From the NCBI GenBank assembly GCA_035084275.1, contig CM068742.1, positions 310,001 to 374,000 of the forward strand: 64,000 nucleotides of DNA. Direction: 5' to 3'. Positions 25,131 through 38,297 of this stretch are shown here, piece after piece (positions within the stretch are counted from its first letter, which is position 1; each line of letters starts with the position of its first letter). Source of the stretch: Hydrolagus colliei (taxonomy: Eukaryota). The notes beneath the pieces are model-generated. The model had not been told where the DNA came from, did no database searches, and saw nothing but the letters and a program-made list of their open reading frames with translations. Both the position numbers and the translations under genes were made by a program.

Positions 25131-28100
25131 GTAAGGATTTTTATCTTAGTACTTTGTTAAAACTAGTAAACAACTGTTTATAATTCAGGAACATAGGAAA
25201 AGGAGGAGACGATTCAACCAATAAAACCTGTTTCACTGGTGTATTAAAACCTTGTAGAACTTTCAAGACCAACACCCTGCCCTTTCAATATACCCCTAAT
25301 ACCTCTATTATTTATGTATCTGTCAATCTCTTCTAAACATCCCTACTGATTCCACCTCTACATCAATCAGGATCTTCCTACACGTTTAAATGCGACCAAA
25401 ATGCAGCCTATTTTATCTGCTGAAATGCTCATCTTCATTCACCATTGCTACAGTTGCTATCTTTTCATGTGCCTTACAGTATGTCCATCAATTATATTGG
25501 TGTGTTAAGCACATGATGCCTGGCTTCTAGCAACTGAAACATCAGCAAGATTAATCTTAAATAATACTTTCGTTTAGCTATATTGAAGAAATTTTAAGAA
25601 TACCTTTTTGGCCAATAATTCAGTTGTTTCAGTACATCGCAATATAATTATTATTCAACAATATGTACCATAGCTGACTATCTGTATTACATATATGAAA
25701 ATATATCTTTATCGGTGCATTGCAGAAATACAGAAAACATCCAAATGCAAATTCTTGCCATGTGAAGTTACAGTGTGTAGACATCCATTGGGTTATATTC
25801 AAAGTGCCTTCTCCAAAATAACATACATACAAAATTCACGGTCAACATTTCCAGGTAAATCCCGTGAAGCACCCTGTGGCATCCTCACATTGAAAACACT
25901 ATTGCAAAAGGAAGGATTATTATTGATTTATATTATTATTTTACTGGCACACAGTAACCCCTACACAACAGATTCACAGAGACTCCTAACTCACCTTATG
26001 TACTGAAAGAAATATTTGAATAAAATTGGAATTAATTTGGTGACTTGTTTTCTAGGGGATGAGGAACAATTACTAACTCAGATTCTCCTCCTCCTGGTCT
26101 TCAACCAATTTGTTGGTCTCAATCAACTTCTAAGTACAGTTTTGTGACACAATTGACAAGTAGCTCCATGTCAAAAGACTTGCAAACAATCTAGCTTTTT
26201 TCAATTACTTTATTTTCCTTAAATCCATCGGGACCCTTCTTTCCAAATATCTGTTTCTGTTACTTGAACCTTGGCTTCGATTTTCTCTGTTGAGAGAGGC
26301 TCAATCAGTGTCATCTGTTTATTAAATCCATCTGCTGTACAAGTATCCAGACCACAAAGTGTACAGAACAAAATGTTGTCAGGACATTCTAATTTGTTGT
26401 CTTTACTTATCAGGGATCAAAAGGTTGAATCACTGATCAATTCACAAACCATTCGACTGCCAGTAGCACATGTGGATGCTACTGTCAATCTAGATAGGCT
26501 TCAAGGCCTCTATTTCAATGAGGCTAATAATTTAGCAATTACATCAACAATTAGTGTGATAAGGTACTAAGAAGGTGTGCTAAATAGTTTCTAATTGTCC
26601 ATTTGAAATGCACCAATATACGTTCTGGGAATTGTAAATTTACACATAAAGGCACAACCGATGGAGCTGGCTGTATTGCATTGTACAGGAGAACCAAGTA
26701 CTATTATTACATGTAATAATCTGGCTGCTTTCCAAAGTCATTAATGGCTTTTATTGAGCAGCTAATTCTTCAGGTTGACAATGTCTTCTTGCCCTCTTGC
26801 CCACCGCCTCTTCTCCGCCACTGCTACACACTGTATCCCTCCAACAACTGTGTCACGATTCAACAAATGAAGCGGGTATGGAGCGGACTTATTTTCAAGT
26901 CCACCCAAGACTTGAAGGGGGCAGCAGGGGGCAGAAGAAGGGGGCAGCAGTTATGAGCTTTGCCAGGAGCCCACTTTGTATTCACAGGTTTAAAATACCC
27001 AAATTAATTTATCCTGCAGTCGCTTGTGATGAGGTTACCAGTTGAGAGCAAAGGCACTGACATTTTGTTAGCTGTTGACTGCTAAACTCACTGAGTTTAA
27101 CCTGAGTATTAAACCCTTTACTTTGACTATTAAGCAAGTACCTCCTTCTAATTGCAAGTTTCAGCAATTTGCTGCGTTAGTGAACGTCCTGATAGAAGAC
27201 ATTAAACTGACAAATATGGGCTGCAAATGGTACAAATATGTTACACCATTTATTGCTATTATTATTCAGGTCAACATCACCTGGACTAAAATATCTTACC
27301 ATTTACACATGGAAGGGTGCAGTTATGAAATTAACAATGAATTAATACAGGAATTCCTGCTAGCTGCTCATGTCTGTTTTCTAAACCAAACTAATAACAG
27401 CAGTGTCATCTCTCACTAAATGAGACTAGCAGAGAGGGGCTGACAAACAGAGATTAACAACAAAATTACATTTATAGAGTGCCTTTCACGTCGGGAGGAC
27501 GAAATTAAGAGCAGCTTCTCTTCATACCAAGCTTGACCAAACTCAGCACGATATGCTACACTGCCTGTTGAAACTTATTGCAATTTTCGCTCATCATGAA
27601 AGGTTAAATAAAACCAATATTTGAAATAAAATATCCAACTATACAATACACAGTACAAATTACACTTACGTAGCGCCTTTCGCGACAGGAAAGCATCCCA
27701 AAGTGCTTGACAATTCTGACTGAGCTGTGGGGGGGAGGAGGGGCGGGAATATGGTATTGATTTTTTTAAAAAGAATTTCGTCATATTTAAGGAATAGAAT
27801 TTAAAATGGATTTTGAAATACAGTACTAGCTTATGGTTCTGGCTGTGTTTCCAATTTAGTGGTGATCATTTTCAACCGTCAATGGGTAATAACTTAACAT
27901 TGTATCTCCCTGAGTAATTTCAGAGAGGCCCTTTTTGATGATTGAAAAATATTCCTGCCAGACATAAATGCAGGAGTGGAATCTGGGGCTTTCGAGATGG
28001 AGTTATACACTTATCATTTTTCAGATAGCTGAAGGAATATTTCAAATCCTATATTAATGCTATTCTTCGAATCAGCAGTAATTCCAATGGAGGATTAACG

Positions 28101-28237
28101 AAATGTATCCAGAATGTTTCCTAAGATCGATTTGATCAAATCAGTAGAGCTTGCTTTTATTTGTACAGTATTTACAGTTACTTGCGAGAACCTCTGTGTT
28201 GCTTTTGAGATCATTATTTTCATTGTTTTTGTACTAG

Positions 28238-28409
28238 ATTCATTCACCTCTGTTCAAGCACACCCTCCACCCAAAACACACACTTATAGACCTTTATCAA
28301 AAAGTGTCTCGGATAGCAGCGCTGATTTCTTGAAGGACTCTGCTCCTTTACCACCACCTCCACCGCCACCTTCACAACTGAGGTATCGAGAAATGGCCTT
28401 TACAGAAAA
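28238..28409 (+). CDS. SORBS2: SORBS2 proline-rich exon DSFTSVQAHPPPKTHTYRPLSKS...PPPPPPPSQLRYREMAFTEK
   Basis: gtactag|AT...AA|gtaagt; phase 1-2; matches human KTQTYRPLSKS.SD. Confidence 0.94.
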
Positions 28410-28789
28410 GTAAGTACAATACAATTTTATATTATATCTATTTGGACATTATTTGAGATATGCATTTATCCAGCTGAATTGTCTGAATCTAATCACTGTC
28501 AGTTTAGCTCAGTGCTCAACTCGATGTCATCAGTGGTCAACTTCTGATGATGACAGATCATTGAGGGTTCAGTCCCTACATTACGACTTGATCTTAAAGT
28601 CTAAGATGATTCCAGTGTAGTCCTGAGAATCTACTGTCTTGTCTCCAACTTTGGGTTGAGATCTTAAAACTAAGTCTACTGAAGTGAGCAGCAGCATTAA
28701 AAATCCCACAGCCATTTTCTAAACAACAAGGATGTTTCTCCTGAGTGCCCTTAAGATATATTAGTCAGATATACTAAGCTTTTTTAGCT

Positions 28790-29087
28790 AACTCCTGTAG
28801 CTTACAAGTATGAGACCTGTGTTCGAATCCAGGCAGGACAGGGCCAAACCTTGGGTAAGTTTCCTTACTCCACTCGCCTAATAAAAAATTTGTCCAAAAA
28901 AAATCCAATAATAAATTGGTTATTTCAATCCACAACTGTTTGTGTGGGGGACGCTGCTGTGCGCAATTGGCCGCCGCGATTTGCCCACAAATATACAGTC
29001 AATTCACTTTACAGTATATTCTGTGAAGCGCTTTGTGATGTCTAGAAGACATGAAAAGCACCATGTCCAATGCAAGGATTATTACTA
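28790..29087 (+). mobile_element. tRNA-derived SINE
   Basis: B box GTTCGAATCC, core and tail of the same family. Confidence 0.88.
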
Positions 29088-30499
29088 TCTCTGGCCTGTG
29101 TTGGGACCCTGCAACATGCACACTGATTTTCCCTATTAAAGCAATTGTTACACTCGACAGTAATGATTGTATGGTACTTTAAGATTTTAATATAAAACAC
29201 TATAAATATGCAAGTTATTGAGTGGAGTAATTTTTCCACAACAGATATCATGATTACCAGTTTCTCAATATCTTAACAGTTTCTCAAACTTTTTGGAAGT
29301 TTTCCTTATAAAAGCTTATTTGAATATTGGCTTACAGTAATTGGGCCTGTAATATTTACTGCATAATTGTTTAGAAATAATGTAAGATTGTTAGTGTGAA
29401 TATTTGGAGGATGAATTTGGATGATTGCATTTTGCTCCTTTCTCTGAAACCTCACAGTATTAAAATTGAAAAGATTAGACATTTCTTGGTACACATGTCT
29501 GTTGAACCTGTTGCCTCTCAGTCTTCCCTTCTTCCTATACTGTGCGTTCTTTCAAAACATGAGCTTTCCTTGACTTCTCACCTTCTCTTTCACTGTTTTC
29601 AAACTTGGTGGTGTCCTGCACTGGTGGCCTTGAGCTGGCTATCATAATTTAAGAACAGCATTGCAAAGATTTTTTTCTGGATATCCTGTAGGCATCAGAG
29701 TTAATTGCCCAAATAGGTTTTCCTGTTCCTAAGAATTCTTACTACAGTATTGAAGTTCTCGCCTAACCACAGTTTGGATATATATGTGCATGAAGAACCT
29801 TGTGCAGCCACATTCATTGGTGGAGCTAATCACAAAACGGGTTTCCACAAGGTAGTCCATGTGTTAGATGCTTTGTTTTCATTTAGACCAACAGTTGGAA
29901 GCCCCCAAAATTCAGCTAAAATGTTTTCAAAAACAATTTAAATCTAAGCTCAGAATTGTGGAAAAATTCCTAAATCCAGTATTAATTGGGGAGTGCATTT
30001 TCAGCAGAATTTAAAATGAAATCGGCTTCCAAATTGAGTCTGAATTTAAGCATTTTCCACAATGGCAATCTCAAATTTTAAGACTGAAGTTCTGTAAGTG
30101 CCTACGGTGGAGCGGTTTTAACCTTGAGAAACAAACCTGCCTGGATTCGAACACGGGTCTTACATTTTATAAGTGGTTTTATAAGCGCCTTCGGGCTTAC
30201 CGCCCCTAAGGTGGAACTATATCACTAGCTGCTCACTGAGGCTAGTTGGTAGTGTTATAAGCCACACAAAACGAGGTGTTTTATTTGAGTCCTTGAGATG
30301 TCCATGCAGCTTTACCCACTCTTGTGGCTGAAGCTGGCATGACATCACATTGCCATTATGACGACATCTCAGTGACTGAGATAAATAGGATTTAACATCG
30401 GACGATCGATTATTCTTATTTAATGGACCGGAAGGAAGTGTGACGTTTTTTTATTTCGACTCTGGTTAATCCACAAATGCACTCATGTAAGTATCAGAC

Positions 30500-30920
30500 T
30501 TCACTGGCTCCCTGTCCCCGAGAGGATCAACTTCAAGATCCTCACCCTTGTTTTCAAATCCCTCCACTCCTCTGCACCCCCCCCCCTACCTCTCTGATCT
30601 CTCTCCTCAAACCAGCTCCCATTGCCTTTGCTCCTCTGGGTCTGGCCTCCTCCATGTCCCCCCGAATCCTCCGCTCCACCCTCGGCGGCCAGGCCTTTAG
30701 CCACTACGCCCCGAGGCTCTGGAACTCCCTTCCTCACTCCCTTCCCCTCGCCCCCTCTCTTCCCAGCTTCAGGTCACAGCTGAAGACCTTTCTCTTCGAC
30801 CGCACCTTTGGTCACCTTTCTCCCCCTGCCCCTGGCTCGGTCCCGGGATCCGCTATTGTGAAGCTCTGAGACGCCGTCCGGCCTGGAGGGCACTATATAA
30901 ATCAAAGTTGTTGTTGTTGT
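30500..30920 (+). mobile_element. L2 LINE 3' end
   Basis: AFSHYAPRLWNSLP...FRSQLKTFLF followed by a (TTG)n tail. Confidence 0.88.
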
Positions 30921-31076
30921 ATCATGTTCATGTGTCAAACATTCACTTCAAATGCAAAGATTTAAGTCACCCAAGCCGATGGTCATTTTTTTTGAATGAA
31001 GACGCTTCACAAATTCTGAAACTGGGGGCCACAAGTGCGGTGTAAAGGGCATCAGTATAAAAAAGTTTCCTTTCAG

Positions 31077-31191
31077 GAATGACTGGGATCCTCCTGACAG
31101 AAAAGTTGATACTCGGAGATATCGTGCTGAACCAAGAAGCATATTTGAGTACGAGCCGGGAAAGTCGTCCATTCTGGAGCAAGAGCGGCCG
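31077..31191 (+). CDS. SORBS2: SORBS2 exon [38 protein letters not shown]
   Basis: cctttcag|G...CCG|gtagga; phase 2-0; highly conserved family motif. Confidence 0.96.
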
Positions 31192-34100
31192 GTAGGAACT
31201 TTCTATTCAAAGCAATTTTTCCACAGATATAACATGAATAAATAGAATTGTTTTTGCCAATATCTCCTGGCGGACACACGAGTGAGCACCTGCCTCTCTG
31301 TCAAATTGTGGGTTTCAATGCCGGGCGAACTGTTTTGCTAGTCTGGTTGCCACTGTTGGCAGCAAATTTTCATATACTTTCGACCTTGAGTCTTAAGTTT
31401 TCTCAGCCAAGCTGTTGACAATGAGCAAAACGCACCCTTTTTTTAAAAAAAGAAAAAGTAAACCCCCCTCATGGCTTTGTGAGGTGTGTCCTATTTTTGT
31501 CTGATCACAAAGACCATTGATTCTGCTTATGATCCAAGTGAAACCAGGCAACTAAACTAGGCTTCATGGTAGTAAATAAATCCTATGAAGAACCAAAGTG
31601 CAAATTCACGTACAAATATATTGGCATCTCTGGCCTTAAGTAATGCAGTAAATTTAAAAACAAAAGAAATACACAAGAAGATTCCGACTTTACTTTAAAC
31701 AAAATGAGAATGAAAGCATGGAAAAATCATGGATTAGAGTTCTGATTTCTGATCACAGAGCATGTATACCAGGGTAGAATCAGACCCACTCATTACTATT
31801 GTTATTATTTATGATGTCCGTCATTGTTGATTAGCTCACTGATTTTCACTGACGAGACTCTTTGCAGGAAGAATGTCAATGTGACTTGTTTGCTTAAGAG
31901 ATGTAGGCTCCTATGACTCAAGCCAATTGAGTATTAACGTCAGCGATTTTCTTAACTAAACATCAAGATTGCCAATTTGGAGAAACTTCTCTTGGTGATA
32001 ACTAGAACGATTCCGTCATTAAGCAATCCCATTTGATATTGCACGAGGACAAGAGAAAATTGGGTAAGAAAATGGAGTGAATTGAATATCTCAAATTGTT
32101 ATTTACTTGATTTGTATGCGTACCAGGTTTTTGGGTGGTGTTTTCTGAATACATGTTCATATTTAATGACTCCCAGATGAAATGTCAATATCTTACACTC
32201 GTTTCCTATCAGCAGTTGTGAACTGGTGCTATCTTTTTGTCGAGTGGCCAATTTAAAATGTGAAGTGCATCCGACAACAGGAGTTGTCTGCTTGATTAAG
32301 ACATTTGAAAGCTTTGAAAACGTCTGTTTTCGTTGTATCAGCATCAGAAAAAAAAGTTATTTAGAGGGAGGTTATAAGAAGTGGCATGGAGACTGAATTG
32401 AACCCAGGCAAGAAAAAATTTACATAATGAAGAATATTGAAGGGTTTGGGTCAATTAATTTGTGTGTGTCAATCCACTTGACAAGGACCTTCCCCAGAAT
32501 AATACCCAGCCACAGCCTAAAACTGGTTCTAACCACCAACCTGAAACTATGAGGGTTTCAGCAATGAGAGACGAAGGGAGAATCATTTATACTTGAGGAA
32601 GCAGCAAATCACATAATCCTGAAAACTCATATTCTTCCTTTAGAAGAATATGAGTTCATAAATGGCATTGAGAAAGTGAACCTAGAACGTTTGCAAGTCT
32701 CGAGACACCAAACAAGGTTTGCGGTTACAAAGAGCAATTTCTAGAAAGGTGCAAGAATATTTTTTCAAATCGAGAGAGTAATCAACTGGAACTGATTTAC
32801 CAGGAAGGGCAACTGAAGCCAGGGCACTGGATCATTTTACAAAAAGCTTGATCTTGCAATAGGACAATAGAATTGGGTACTTTGGAAGGATAGGATTAAA
32901 GCTGTAATTAGCAACTGTAACGTGTTTGAAATGTGGAAATGCAGTGGGGTTTAGGAGCTACGAGCCGATAGCAGACCCCGGGGATTGGAAGGGAGTTCTA
33001 TTAACATTAGTTCTAACAATAAGAAACCTTCATTCCATACTCAACCTCTTACTGTTCTCAAAGTCTAGTGCTTCAGCGGCACCGCTTTATAAAGACAAGA
33101 GGTTCAGTGAGCCACAGTATGTGGCTAACAAAGGAAAAATGTCTCAGAAAAGCAAGAAAATGAAGACAGCAGGGAGTAAGGTGTTCTCAGCCCATCGTGC
33201 TCGAGAAGTTGGTCTCAAACACAGAGAAGAGGAGGAGGATCGGGAGTGGGTTGTAAGTGATGCACACACAGAGGCCTAGTTAATAAGATGGCCTATTGTT
33301 CCAAGACCCACTTTATTTGGGTTTAGATTGCATATTATTGTTACCGTTATAAAATGTTCACGTGAAGTGGGATTGACCAGTAGAAACTACTGCCCCAACA
33401 GCTATTTAAAAGCATCTATAAACAAAGCTTTACTTCACTAGGTTAATCAGTTTATTATTGAGATGAGTCCTGGAGCAATATGCCTACTGCACTTTTTTCC
33501 CCCACTCTGACCTTCTTATTTTGATTTGTAAGATTAAGCATAAAGGTGTCATTCAGTATTTGTGACTTGGAACAAATTTTTACCTTTTATAACCATTTGA
33601 TTTTTTTTCCAATAAATCTCTTTATTGGAAACATCTCTTGAAAACAAGAGAACATTCTCTTGTTTTCAAGAGAATGTTCTCTTGAAAACATTTGTGATTG
33701 CATAGGACTGTACTTTTCTCTATCTCAAAATAAAAGTTCAATTTTATCTTAAAATTAATATCCCTGGCCTGTTTGGGGATTCAAATCTACCAGTGGTTTC
33801 ATGGTCCAAAGTATTGAACAAGATTAATAACTGTACTATCTTTGAACTATTAAACCACATGTGAACCTGAAGTGCTGTTCAAGATTGAGCGTAGTCTTTG
33901 CAGATGGGAACTTCAGTATTGATCCAGTGTTAAGTTGTCCAGTCTCTCCTGCTCTCTGGGTGTATGTGTCTACGTAACCATAATTGTGTATATTAACCAA
34001 TCTGTACATCGAAAGAGCATCTTTTTGAGTGAGTTAAAACAAAGGGTGTTTGATGGGCAGGAGTTGCATTATCGCAGCACTCATTGAATTACGGAGAGAA

Positions 34101-36249
34101 TGTGTTCCGCTTGTTTGACTAACGGACGCTGGCTGTTTGTGTCTTGGACCAGAGGTTCTGAGAAAACGAGCAGCTACAATTTATGACTGGAAGAAATCAT
34201 TGCACCCGCCTTAAAATCGTCTGAATATAGTTTAACCCGATGTGGCATTTAAGCAGATCAATGACAAAAGTCCCGCGGGTTTATAAAGGTTTGAGTACAA
34301 GCTTAAACGATAAAGGTAGTACAGTATTATACAGTATTAAACTGCATGCCTGCCTTACCGAAGCACGTGTTAACCTTTCATTTTGTTATGACAGCAATTG
34401 TGAAGTTGTATTGTCACAACTGAGGACCACTAATGCATGGCACTCACGTGCAGAATTGCACAATGGATGATGGTGGTAGAATTCAGTTGTAACTGATATC
34501 GCCGAGAGGTTGAAAGGTGTTGAGAACAATGAGTGTTACAGCTGAATAAATCTGTTCTCTGGAATACGTTAGTTACACCGAGCGTTGCTTGTATTTAGAA
34601 CAGTTCCTGTGTGTCCCTGCACCAGTAAAGATTAGATGTTTAAGTAGCGAAACTGGTGTGAAATAATCCATGAATGAGCTGCCAGGTGCTGATTGATGTG
34701 AAATTCAGTAGAAATCCTTGTCATGTAAATTGTATCTTTTTTTTTGTTAATCCACTTATGAAAATAAAATTTACAAAATTAGACTCCTTTGTAGAATCTC
34801 AAGGAACCCATTCCACCATGTATTTCAGAAACTGGACACGACTATTAGACCAACCACTAACAGTAATGACGAATAAGCTTATTGCTTTCTTGACTGATCT
34901 TAACCTCATCTACCCGACTGCTCATACTATCCCTTCTAAATCCCAGAGGTAGATTGTTGGAATGTAATGTGCACTCTCACTAGAGGGATGCATCTTGCTT
35001 GCCTAATTCTGTAAAGTATTAGGTAAAGGTTAACAAGAGCCAAGGCTTGGGGACCCCCAGAATGTGTGTTTTGGGTATTGCTGGTCCGATTTCTGTAACT
35101 TTGATGCCCAAGTTCATTTAGGGCATTTAAAAGATATTCAGTGAATGTCGTCCACCCTCTCGTATCTGAACAAATCATGTTGACTTGGAAGCCATTTACA
35201 ATCAGTAGCATTTCCTTTAGAAGTACGTCTTATTATTTCAGTAATCATAAATTTCTCACAGTGCAGGGTCACATTCCTAGCTCCAAACTCTGATTTTACC
35301 TCTGGTACCAAAACCTTCCATTGTGTTTTTGCCCACAAGACCATTGTAGCCTTTATCAAATTGAGACTTCTACACCCAGAGGCTGTACTGATATGAAAAG
35401 CTATATATTCATCTCCTTGTAGTTAATGGGCAACATTGACAGTTGTACCGAATGTTGACGTTGAGAATTGAAATGAGGCATACGTTGATGTTAGAGTTTG
35501 TTTCTGGCATCCGAACCATTTTGAACCAAATGGCCTTTGAGTTAACAACTTCATGCTGCAAGGAGCATCTGAAATTGTCTTTAGATATTCTCGTGGTCAC
35601 CATAGGCACATCAACTCACATGTGGGATCTGAAGAGCACCTTTACAATTTGCTTCCAACTTTTGGTATCATATGGCTGGAAATGGAAATAAAGGCATTCC
35701 TGTTTTGACTCCGTGATGTACTACCCGTGGAGTGAGAGATGAATGTCTAATGAAGATGATGTGGCTGGAAATCCAGAGCAGCATTCTTACACGAGGAAAG
35801 AAGATATAAAAGCTACTGTGAGAAATGTTACCGAAGACAATTAGTCCCTCAGACTCGAATGTAACAGTGTTGGAGTCTGGCGATTAGTGACATTACTTTA
35901 GTTTGCGTTGCTCTTAGTGGTAAGATATGTTAGTAAGGATTCTATGCTGTGTACTGCATGATCCTACTTTTATTACAGTCACAATTAATATCATATCACC
36001 TATTCATGCTTATTAAACAATACAATCTACAACATCTACAATGTTTGTTGTGCTCTGACAAAACTGTCGAGCCTTCAAAAAATACTTTGAAGCGTGTGCT
36101 CAGTAAAATAATAATTTCTACATTTAATAGTCCTTTCCTGTTGGGACAGTATCTCAAAACACCTCCCAAGAAATGTGCTGTGAAGGACAATGACTGTATT
36201 TCGTATGCCAATGGAATATTGTGTTGTGTGGTGGGGAGAATGTATATGC

Positions 36250-36605
36250 GACACAAAGTCCTGTGACACTTTCCACTTACTGAACAATCTCACCGAACTT
36301 ATGTACGCTAAAGGAGAAATTATTTCCACTAGTCAGTGACAAGAGGACACCAATTTAAGACAGTAAATGAGCAAATGGGGGGAACTTTGGAGACTTTTTT
36401 TTTTGTCACTCACAGAGAAGTAAAGATATGGAATGCTCTGTTGTGGGAGAATAATATTAGCCCAGCTTCCTGAAGATTACTACAAATACACTAAAAGTGT
36501 ATGGGGAAAAAGGCAGGTAAATTGGACTTGCCCTTGAGGGAGCCAGCACAGACATAATAGGCCAATGGCCTTCTTATGTGCTGTAAATTTCCACGGTTCT
36601 AATGA
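36250..36605 (+). mobile_element. Old CR1 3' end
   Basis: ACAAGAGGACAC, TGGAATGCTCT, GGCCAATGGCCTTCTTATGTGCTGTAAATT. Confidence 0.6.
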
Positions 36606-36639
36606 AGCTCTGCTGAAAGAAAAAGTAGGTTGTGTTTTG

Positions 36640-37597
36640 ATCATTTGCCAACCAACTCCACGCCCACCTCTCCTCCCACTCCCTTTTCGAAGCCCAGAAT
36701 GCCCACAGTACAGAGACTGCGCTTGTGAAAGTCACAAGCGATATCCTCTCTATCTGTGACCAGGGCTCCCTCTGCCTCATTATCCTCCTGGACCTGTCGG
36801 CTGCGTTCGACACAATCGACCACGTCATCCTCCTCCACCACCTGTCCTCCGTCTCCAGCAATATCTCACCCCAAAAGCCACTGAAACCCTGGTTCTTGCC
36901 TTTGTCACCTCTCGGCTGGATTACTCCAACGCCCTCCTCGCCGGTCTCCCCTCCAGCACAATCCATAAAATCCAACTCATTCAAAACTCTGCGTTTGGAA
37001 ACCCCGTGTGGTCACCGTAGACACATCAAAACTCTGCCGCCCGCATTCTCATCCGCTCTAAGCTTCGCTCCCCTATTACCCCAGGCCTCGCCAGACTTCA
37101 CTGGCTCCCTATCCCAGAGAGGATCGACTTCAAGATCCTCACCCTTGTCTTCAAATCCCTCCACTCCTCTGCATCTCCCTACCTCTCTGATCTCCTCTCC
37201 CCCCAAACCAGCACCCACTGCCTTCGCTCTGGGTCTGGCCTCCTCCATGTCCCCCCGAGTCCTCCACTCCTCTGGACCTCTCCAACCTCCTCTCTCGTCC
37301 AAACATCACCCGTTGCCTTCACTCCACCGGGTCTGGCCTCCCACTTGACCTCCCTCCGCCTCACCCTCGGTGGCCGTTGCCTTCATTCACTACGCTCCGA
37401 GTCTCCGGAACTCCTTTCCTCAGTCCCTTCACCTCTCCCCCCCTCTCTCTTCCCAGTTTCAAGTCTCAGCTAAAGACCTTTCTGTTTGACCGCGCCTTTC
37501 TCCCCCTGCCCCTGGCTTGCCCCGGGATACGTTATTGAGAAGTGCTCTGAGACGCCGTCCGGCGTTGAGGGCAGTATATAAATCAAAGTTGTTGTTG
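36640..37597 (+). mobile_element. L2 LINE fragment, internally deleted
   Basis: KVTSDILSICDQGSLCLIILLDLSAAFDTIDH jumps straight to the SRLDYSN/LHWLP region; tail GAGACGCCGTCC...TATATAAATCAAAG(TTG)n. Confidence 0.88.
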
Positions 37598-38081
37598 CTT
37601 CTGGGAATTTTTATACTTCACAGTGAGCAATTTATTTGGATTCATTTTGCAAATCCCGTTTAAAAGAACCCATCAGTAAGATCAGCGAGTGGATTGCTAC
37701 AGGTGCTGGCAGAATTTTAGTCAACTTCTACCATACAATACAAAGGTACAGTTGCTTGAACGATTTGCTGCTTGAATTACTTTATGGCTGGGAGGATCAC
37801 AGGGTCTAGTCAAATGATTAAAACTGCTTTGTTGGTTTCTGCAGAGGTCATTCATTTCTAAAGAGGTGTTAATTAAAGGGCAACATAAATGTAGATTATC
37901 GACTGAAAATACATCAACAACCCAAATCATCTGTCAAGATCAATGTTTTTTGGCTAGCTGGGTATCTGACACACTCAAACTTATTACCATGCTTTTTTTT
38001 GAGGGATTAGGATCAGGCGTGTCGAGTAAGGAAACCTGCTCAAGCCCCGCTTGGATTCAAACCCAGGTCTCTTGCTTGCAA

Positions 38082-38297
38082 AACGCAAAATGCTACAGAT
38101 GCTGGGAATCTGAAACAAAAACAGAAGTTCCTGGGGAAACTCAGCAAGTCAGGCAGCATCCATGGAGAAAGGAAAAGGAGTCAACGTTTCGGGGCTGCAA
38201 CTCTTCGTCAGAACTGGTTGTAGACCCGAAACGTTGACTCCCTTTTCTCCATGGATGCTGCCTGACCTGCTGAGTTTCCCCAAGCAACTTCTGTTTT
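38082..38297. mobile_element. Penelope-like (pLTR) inverted-repeat element with 14-bp TSD
   Basis: About 75-bp inverted arms (38117-38194 and 38223-38297); direct repeat TCTCTTGCTTGCAA at 38068-38081 and 38298-38311; hammerhead core motif inside. Confidence 0.75.
38177..38215 (-). ncRNA. Minimal type I hammerhead ribozyme-like motif
   Basis: Minus strand AGUU-CUGACGA-A-GAGUUGCAGCCCC-GAAAC-GUU-GACU: core boxes, imperfect stem II, palindromic ACGU stem III, stem I AGUU/GACU. Confidence 0.65.
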
